The notes under the pieces are model-generated. The model did no database searches. It was given only the letters and a program-made list of their open reading frames with translations, and was not told the origin of the DNA. Below are positions 16,482-22,250 of a DNA stretch of 22,250 nucleotides, piece after piece. How positions within the stretch are numbered: position 1 is the first letter of the stretch; each line of letters opens with the position of its first letter. The translations under genes were made by a program, and so were the position numbers. The DNA lies in NCBI GenBank assembly GCA_043800755.1, contig JAZDMQ010000031.1, positions 1-22,250 of the forward strand. Direction: 5' to 3'. This DNA is from a bacterium. GTDB taxonomy: Bacteria; Methylomirabilota; Methylomirabilia; CAVQYV01.

Positions 16482-16568
16482 GCTTACGATCGGCAGTCTC
16501 TCTGGAGAAGTCGGGCATTTGACTCCTCTATTCGTTTCTTCGATGGTCCTGACGAGGAGCCTTGAAAT

Positions 16569-18308
16569 TTGAGACGCTACCTGGCAGGTCCCTTCTATCT
16601 CCTCCTCCTCTGCGGGTTGGTCCTCATCCTCTTCTCCCTCAGTGGTCTGTTAGAGTTTCGCCGGACCGAGCAAGGTCTGCGAAAGATATTGGAGGATCAG
16701 GGGATAGCCTATCTGGATAGCCAGGAAAAGGAGATCAGGCCCCCCCTCTCCCTGCTCTCCGCCTTGGAGCAGAACCGCCAGGGCATCAACCCCCCCCTGC
16801 CCCCTCCCTTCGGCGATCTCCTGGGCCTCGATTCGGCCATCGCCGAGCACCTGATGGAGGTGGCCCTGGACCTCGATCGCCGGGAGAGAGAGGGCCGGCT
16901 CGATCCATCCCAACTCTCCCGGCGTATGAAGGCGGAGAAGCTGAAGGGGGTTGAGTTTTGGGATTTCGCAGGAAACCTGCGCCTCGCCTTCCCTGGAGGC
17001 GGACCACACCCCCTCGACCGCTCCGTTTACCAGGTCCTGCTTCGGGGCCAGAAGGAGATCGCCGTGGATGACCTTCTGCGCGGCACGCCCCTGCGGCCTC
17101 ATTATACCCTGGGGATCAAGCGCCACCAGGACAATGGCATCTTGCTCCTCTCCTTGACTGGCTCCCGAATGCAGTCCCTGCGGCTACAATTGCTTCTGGA
17201 GAGCACCCGTGGCTCGCAGGCTCTGGGAGGCGGCCTGCGCTATCTGATATTCCAGGGGGAGGACCCGTTCTTTCTCACTCCAGGGGAGTCCTTTCCCCTG
17301 GAGGGGATCCCTGCCGACACCTTTCTGACCGCGGCCAAAAGGGAGGGGGGCGTGAAGGCTCGCACCTTCAAAACCCCTGCGGGCGAGGAGGTCTATGAGG
17401 TGGTAAGGACGATCTCCTCGGAAAAGGGAGAGGCAGCCCTCCTCCGGGTTGGGCTTTCCCTGCAGGCAACTCGGGCCATCCTCTCCCAGCTCAAGGCCAG
17501 CATCCTTCTTCATCTGTCCCTGCTGGCCGCCTTTGGTATCATTGCCACCCTGGCGGTCTTTTGGATGCAAAACCGGCACCTTCTTCACCTACGAGAGATG
17601 GAGGACAAGATCCAGATGGCGGAGAGGCTCTCCTCCCTGGGTCAGCTCGCTGCCGGGTTGGCCCATGAGATCAGAAACCCCCTCAATGCGATCTCCATGG
17701 GGATCCAGAGGCTGCAGCGGGAATCCGTAGGGTCCCTCGAATCCCCCGAGACAGCGGGATTGTTGGAGTTGATTCGGAGGGAGATCGCGCGGCTCAATGC
17801 CCTGGTAGAGAGATTTCTGGGGCTCTCCCGTCCGGATCGAATCCGCCGGGAGAGGGGGGATTTGGGGTCGATCCTCTCCGAGCTTCTACGGCTCTTCTCC
17901 GAGGAGGCGAAGGCAAAGGGGATTCAACTGAGATCCGCGATCCCCCCGGATCTGCCCCCGGTCTTCATGGATCGGGAGAAGATCCAGGAGGCATTTCTCA
18001 ATCTCATCAAGAATGGGATGGAGGCAATGAACGGCGGAGGGCTGCTCCGGGTGGAGGCACACCGCCTGGATGAGCAACACCTGGAGGTCTGTTTCTCCGA
18101 TTCCGGATGCGGGATCCCTGCCTCCGAACTCCACAAGGTGTTCGATCCTTACTATACCAGCAAGGAACATGGGATGGGCCTGGGACTCTCCCTCGCCTAC
18201 CAGATCATTAGGAGTCATGGGGGGGAAATCCACCTGGAGAGCGAGTTGGGCAAGGGGAGTCGCTTCCTGGTCGTCTTGCCTTACGGGGAAGGGGGTAAGG
18301 AAGGATGA
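16569..18308 (+). CDS. Membrane sensor histidine kinase (ZraS/NtrB-like)
   Basis: Two TM segments flanking a large periplasmic region; H-box AHEIRNPL, N-box NLIKNG, DSGCGI, GMGLGL. Confidence 0.95.
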   Translation: MRRYLAGPFYLLLLCGLVLILFSLSGLLEFRRTEQGLRKILEDQGIAYLDSQEKEIRPPLSLLSALEQNRQGINPPLPPPFGDLLGLDSAIAEHLMEVALDLDRREREGRLDPSQLSRRMKAEKLKGVEFWDFAGNLRLAFPGGGPHPLDRSVYQVLLRGQKEIAVDDLLRGTPLRPHYTLGIKRHQDNGILLLSLTGSRMQSLRLQLLLESTRGSQALGGGLRYLIFQGEDPFFLTPGESFPLEGIPADTFLTAAKREGGVKARTFKTPAGEEVYEVVRTISSEKGEAALLRVGLSLQATRAILSQLKASILLHLSLLAAFGIIATLAVFWMQNRHLLHLREMEDKIQMAERLSSLGQLAAGLAHEIRNPLNAISMGIQRLQRESVGSLESPETAGLLELIRREIARLNALVERFLGLSRPDRIRRERGDLGSILSELLRLFSEEAKAKGIQLRSAIPPDLPPVFMDREKIQEAFLNLIKNGMEAMNGGGLLRVEAHRLDEQHLEVCFSDSGCGIPASELHKVFDPYYTSKEHGMGLGLSLAYQIIRSHGGEIHLESELGKGSRFLVVLPYGEGGKEG

Positions 18309-19684
18309 AGGAAAAGGGGAAGGTGCTGGTCATCGAGGATGATGAGGCGCAACGCCTCCTCCTGACAGGATTCTTGGCCCGACAGGGCTTTGAGGCCCGG
18401 CCAGCCTCTTCAGCGCAGGAGGCGCTGGCGGAGCTCAAGACGGGGCTATTCGATCTTGCCCTCCTCGATTTCCGCCTCCCGGACGCCGATGGCCTTCAGC
18501 TTCTCTCGGGGATGCGGAAGATCCAGCCAGGGATCCCGGTGGTCTTCATCACTGCCTTCGGGAGCATCGAGGTCGCAGTGGCCGCCATGAAGCAGGGGGC
18601 CTCCGATTTTCTCACCAAGCCCATCGACCTGGATCTGCTCTTGGTCTCCCTGGACCGTATCCTGGAGAAGTCCAGCTTGGTCCGGGAGAATCGGGAGCTC
18701 AAGGAGAGGCTGGCGGAGAGGTATCGTCCCGCCAACATCGTCTATAGCTCCCCCCAGATGGAGGAGGTCTTGGGGATCGTCTCTCGGGTGGCGTCCTCTT
18801 CCTCCACGGTCCTCATCCGCGGGGAGAGCGGAACAGGCAAGGAGCTCGTCGCTGCCGCCATCCATTATGCCAGCCCGCGACATAATCATCCCTTCATCAA
18901 GGTAAATTGTGGCGCCCTGCCGGAGACCCTCTTGGAGAGTGAGCTTTTCGGCCATGAGAAGGGGGCCTTCACCGGAGCCTTGCAGCGCCGTATCGGAAGG
19001 CTGGAGGCGGCGGATGGGGGGACCCTTTTCTTGGATGAAGTGGGGGATCTGCCCCTGTCCGTGCAGACCAAGCTCCTGCGCTTCCTGCAGGAGAGGGAAT
19101 TCGAGCGGCTGGGAAGCAATACCCCGATCCAGGTAAATGTGCGAATCACCGCCGCCACCCATCGGGACCTGGAGGCGGCGGTGAGGGAGGAAGGATTCCG
19201 CCAGGACCTCTACTACCGCCTACAGGTAATTCCCATCTTCCTCCCCCCTCTGCGACAGCGACGGGAGGACATCCCTCCCCTGCTCGACCACTTCCTGCGC
19301 AAAGTCTGCGAGCGGGAAGGGAAAGAGATTTCAGCGGTCTCCCCGGAGGCTCGCCATTTCTTACTGACTTACGACTATCCAGGGAATGTGCGGGAGCTGG
19401 AAAACATCATAGAGAGGGCGGTGGTCCTATCGCGGAGGGGAATCATCGGCCTGGAAGACCTCCCCCTTCCCCTGCGCGAGGGAAGGACCCAAGATCCCCC
19501 GGGCAGAGAGGCCAGCCTGCCCTCTTCCGTTGCCAACATGGAAAAGGATTTAATCCTGCAGGCATTACAGGCCAGCGAAGGGAATCAGAGCCGAGCGGCT
19601 CAGAGCTTGGGAATCAGCGAGCGGGTCCTCCGCTACAAGATGAGGAAATACGGCCTGAACCGGGGGGGAAATGGAGGGGTTTGA
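18305..19684 (+). CDS. Sigma54-dependent response regulator (NtrC/ZraR family)
   Basis: Receiver (EDD, LLDFRLP, KP), Walker A GESGTGKE, GAFTGA, FLDEVG, YPGNVREL, Fis-type HTH; ATGA overlap with the kinase. Confidence 0.97.
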   Translation: MKEKGKVLVIEDDEAQRLLLTGFLARQGFEARPASSAQEALAELKTGLFDLALLDFRLPDADGLQLLSGMRKIQPGIPVVFITAFGSIEVAVAAMKQGASDFLTKPIDLDLLLVSLDRILEKSSLVRENRELKERLAERYRPANIVYSSPQMEEVLGIVSRVASSSSTVLIRGESGTGKELVAAAIHYASPRHNHPFIKVNCGALPETLLESELFGHEKGAFTGALQRRIGRLEAADGGTLFLDEVGDLPLSVQTKLLRFLQEREFERLGSNTPIQVNVRITAATHRDLEAAVREEGFRQDLYYRLQVIPIFLPPLRQRREDIPPLLDHFLRKVCEREGKEISAVSPEARHFLLTYDYPGNVRELENIIERAVVLSRRGIIGLEDLPLPLREGRTQDPPGREASLPSSVANMEKDLILQALQASEGNQSRAAQSLGISERVLRYKMRKYGLNRGGNGGV

Positions 19685-19726
19685 CTCGGGGCTTCTGGGG
19701 ACCTCAGGGAGTCGCGGGTGGGGGTT

Positions 19727-21172
19727 TTATTGCGCCTGCAGTCGCTCCTGCAGCAGCCGATTGACCAGGACCGGATTGGCCTTCCCCCGGGAGGCCTTCA
19801 TGACCTGGCCCACCAAGAAGGTGAAGCTCTTCTCTTTCCCTGCTTTGTATTCTGCCACCGGCCCAGGATGGGCCGCCAGGACTTCCTCGATCAGGCGGGC
19901 CAGCTCCCTTTCATCCGAGATCTGGGTGAGCCCCTTCTCCTGGACGATCTCTGGGGCAGCCTTGGCCGTCTGATACATCTCCTCAAAGATGGCCTTGGCA
20001 ATCTTGCCGGAGATCACCCCTTTCTCTATCAGGTCCAGCATCTCGCCCAGGGCTTGCGGAGAGATGGGGCTCTTCTCGATCCCCTTGCCTTCCTTGTTGA
20101 GCAGACCCAATAGCTCCACCATCACCCAGTTGGAGACCAGCTTGGGCTGAGGGTGCAGCCTCACGCACTCCTCATAGTATTGGGCGAGGGCCTTGGAGGA
20201 GGTGAGGACCCCCGCATCATAAGCCGGGATGCCAAACTCCTGAACGAAGCGGGTTTTTCGCTCCTGAGGAAGTTCAGGCATGGCTCTCTTGATTTCCTCC
20301 ACCCACGAAGCTGGGATGCGGAGTGGGACCAGGTCCGGCTCGGGGAAGTAGCGATAATCGTGGGCCTCTTCCTTGCTGCGCATGGAGACGGTCACGCCTT
20401 CCGCGGCATCCCAGAGGCGCGTCTCCTGCATCACCTTTTCCCCCTTCCTCAGCAGCTCGATCTGGCGGGCGATCTCGTGCTCCAGCGCCCTCTGGATCGC
20501 CCGGAAGGAGTTCATGTTTTTGACCTCGGCCTTGGTGCCCAATCGGTCCGAGCCCCTGGGCCGCACCGAGACATTGGCATCGCAGCGCAGCGATCCCTCC
20601 TCCATGTTCCCGTCACAGACCTCCAAGTATTCGAGGATGGCCTTGAGCACGGCCAGATATTCCTTTGCCTCCTCCGGGGTGCGGAGGTCCGGCTCGCTGA
20701 CGATTTCGATCAACGGGACGCCACAGCGATTGAAGTCCACGAAGGAGGAATCGGCATCCTCCAAGGCTCCCCCATGGACCAGCTTTCCCGCATCCTCTTC
20801 CAGGTGAATGCGGGTGATCCCGATGCGCTTCTTCCCCCCGTCGGTCTCGATCTCAATGTACCCCCCGGAGGAGAGGGGCTGCTCATACTGGGAAATCTGG
20901 TAGTTCTTGGGCAGATCCGGGTAGAAGTAGTTCTTGCGGGCGAAGCGGCAGAAGGAGGCGATCTGGCAGTTCATAGCGAGGGCCGCCCGCAGGGCAAGTT
21001 CCACCGCCTGCCGATTGAGCACCGGCAACACCCCGGGCATCCCCTGGCAGATGGGACAGGTCTGGGTGTTAGGAGAGGAACCGAAGCGGGTGCTGCACCC
21101 GCAGAAGATCTTGGATTGGGTCAAAAGGTGGGCATGCACCTCCAGCCCGATGACGGCTTCATAGTCCATCAT
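19727..21172 (-). CDS. gatB: Asp-tRNA(Asn)/Glu-tRNA(Gln) amidotransferase subunit B
   Basis: [75 protein letters not shown] before ATG 21172/21169. Confidence 0.98.
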   Translation of the reverse strand: MMDYEAVIGLEVHAHLLTQSKIFCGCSTRFGSSPNTQTCPICQGMPGVLPVLNRQAVELALRAALAMNCQIASFCRFARKNYFYPDLPKNYQISQYEQPLSSGGYIEIETDGGKKRIGITRIHLEEDAGKLVHGGALEDADSSFVDFNRCGVPLIEIVSEPDLRTPEEAKEYLAVLKAILEYLEVCDGNMEEGSLRCDANVSVRPRGSDRLGTKAEVKNMNSFRAIQRALEHEIARQIELLRKGEKVMQETRLWDAAEGVTVSMRSKEEAHDYRYFPEPDLVPLRIPASWVEEIKRAMPELPQERKTRFVQEFGIPAYDAGVLTSSKALAQYYEECVRLHPQPKLVSNWVMVELLGLLNKEGKGIEKSPISPQALGEMLDLIEKGVISGKIAKAIFEEMYQTAKAAPEIVQEKGLTQISDERELARLIEEVLAAHPGPVAEYKAGKEKSFTFLVGQVMKASRGKANPVLVNRLLQERLQAQ

Positions 21173-21187
21173 GTTGCTCCTCAAGGT

Positions 21188-21394
21188 CTACTCCTTCTCC
21201 ATGCCTTTAGCGCCATAACCCACGGCAGCCAGTATATCTTCCCTGGTAAGATCATATTCGGCCATCACTTCCTCGTAAGTCATCCCACCGGCCAACTTCC
21301 CGAGCACCAGATCGACAGGCACACGAGTTCCTTTAATGACGGGTTTACCGAACCGGATCTTCTCATCAACTGTTATGCGGGGAGCAATTTCCAT
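21188..21394 (-). CDS. DUF433 family protein (putative antitoxin)
   Basis: RITVDEKIRFGKPVIKGTRVPV...GMTYEEVMAEYDLTREDILAA; AGGAGGTG RBS. Confidence 0.93.
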   Translation of the reverse strand: MEIAPRITVDEKIRFGKPVIKGTRVPVDLVLGKLAGGMTYEEVMAEYDLTREDILAAVGYGAKGMEKE

Positions 21395-21547
21395 AACCGA
21401 TCCACCTCCTAAAAGAACAATACCAGATCAAAGCTGATGAAGGATTTCGCCTTTGGTTTTTCCTTGCCAGCTCCCTGTCCACTGCAGGATCTGCAAAAAA
21501 TAGAACCGTCCCCATTCTTCGATTATACCTATTCTTTAGACACCAAT

Positions 21548-22250
21548 TCATTCATCCGATAGCTCAAATAGATGATGCCGGTCCCAGAGGGCAATTCCAC
21601 GTTCCTTAGCAAAGGCGATTGCATCTGCTGTGAACCCACTGGGACACACCAACGCACCGCGCGCCCCAGCAAATTGTTTTGGCAACGCACCATTCAGTTC
21701 TCGCACCGTACCAACGCCTACGGGTGAGGAGAGATTCTTACATTGAATGTAAAGACTCACTTCAACACCCACTTCGTCCTCACGCTTCGCAATAAGGTCT
21801 ATTCCTTTGTCGCGCGTCAGCGGTGTGGTCTCCACCCGCCACCCTTTCTGCTCCAATAACTGCTTAAGGTATTCCTCAAACTCGACCCCGCTCATTTCTG
21901 TATAGTTTACCGAGGACTTAACGCCTCGTTGCAAAGGCTTCGAATGCTCAGGCGGCGTCAGTCCAAACAAACCGAAAAGTTCCTCAGTGGTAAGTTTTGA
22001 CTTTAAGTCAATTGAGACATCGTCCACAAGTTCATCAAAGAGCAACTGCTTTTCCTGGAGGATTTGATCAATCTTTTCTTCGATTGTGTCTTCACAGGTG
22101 TATTTGTACACGTTAACCGGAAAGGTTTGGCCAAGCCGGTGGCTTCGGTCTTCGGCTTGATGCTCAACCGCGGGATTCCACCATCGGTCAAAGTGAAACA
22201 CATAGGAGGCTTCCTGCAAATTCAAACCCTGTCCACCCGCACGCAGAGAA
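21548..22250 (-). CDS. SNF2-family helicase C-terminus fused to an Mrr-type restriction endonuclease domain (5' part outside the window)
   Basis: The frame is open to the edge: SLRAGGQGLNLQEASYVFHFDRWWNPAVEHQAEDRSHRLGQ (SNF2 motifs V/VI), then SGVEFEEYL...DKGIDLIA...IQCK...VGVGTVRELNG...FTADA (Mrr_cat). Confidence 0.92.
   Translation of the reverse strand, partial: SLRAGGQGLNLQEASYVFHFDRWWNPAVEHQAEDRSHRLGQTFPVNVYKYTCEDTIEEKIDQILQEKQLLFDELVDDVSIDLKSKLTTEELFGLFGLTPPEHSKPLQRGVKSSVNYTEMSGVEFEEYLKQLLEQKGWRVETTPLTRDKGIDLIAKREDEVGVEVSLYIQCKNLSSPVGVGTVRELNGALPKQFAGARGALVCPSGFTADAIAFAKERGIALWDRHHLFELSDE

Noticed and set aside
16650..19162. Multiple minus-strand ORFs of 70-238 aa within the two-component genes
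   Set aside because: Antisense shadows of well-supported plus-strand genes.
20153..21412. 419-aa plus-strand ORF
   Set aside because: Antisense shadow of gatB and DUF433 in GC-rich DNA, with no motifs.
21366..21551. 61-aa minus-strand ORF (…MGTVLFF…)
   Set aside because: Translation of the intergenic repeat-like element; overlaps the DUF433 start and RBS.
1..22250. CRISPR array, rRNA or integrase gene
   Set aside because: No regularly spaced repeats, rRNA-like sequence or recombinase motifs were seen in the window.

Overview
Bacterial chromosomal window, probably from a deltaproteobacterium-like lineage (weak inference from sigma54 systems, gene families and a selC fragment). 1-3.7 kb looks like the right end of a genomic island. 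It holds an exported hypothetical gene missed by the ORF track, a 5'-truncated quinone oxidoreductase, a Tat-exported flavoprotein and a truncated RAYT transposase ending in REP-like palindromes, and is closed by a 3' fragment of tRNA-Sec (att site, 3697-3765). 3.8-13 kb is accessory. It has a sigma54-preceded cluster ending in a type IV pilin-like gene, a stand-alone ThDP enzyme, and a large exported transglutaminase-like/LPP20-like locus split into three ORFs by an in-frame TAG and an ATGA junction. An M48 lipoprotein peptidase and a glycine-zipper lipoprotein follow. 13.3-21.2 kb is GC-rich and core-like: a small Cys protein/DUF763/flavoprotein-phosphoesterase fusion operon, a ZraP/S/R-like sigma54 envelope-stress module and gatB. 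The right edge has an orphan DUF433 gene and a lower-GC SNF2 helicase-Mrr endonuclease fusion (partial), a candidate defence gene. All family calls are by eye from motifs; no database searches were run.
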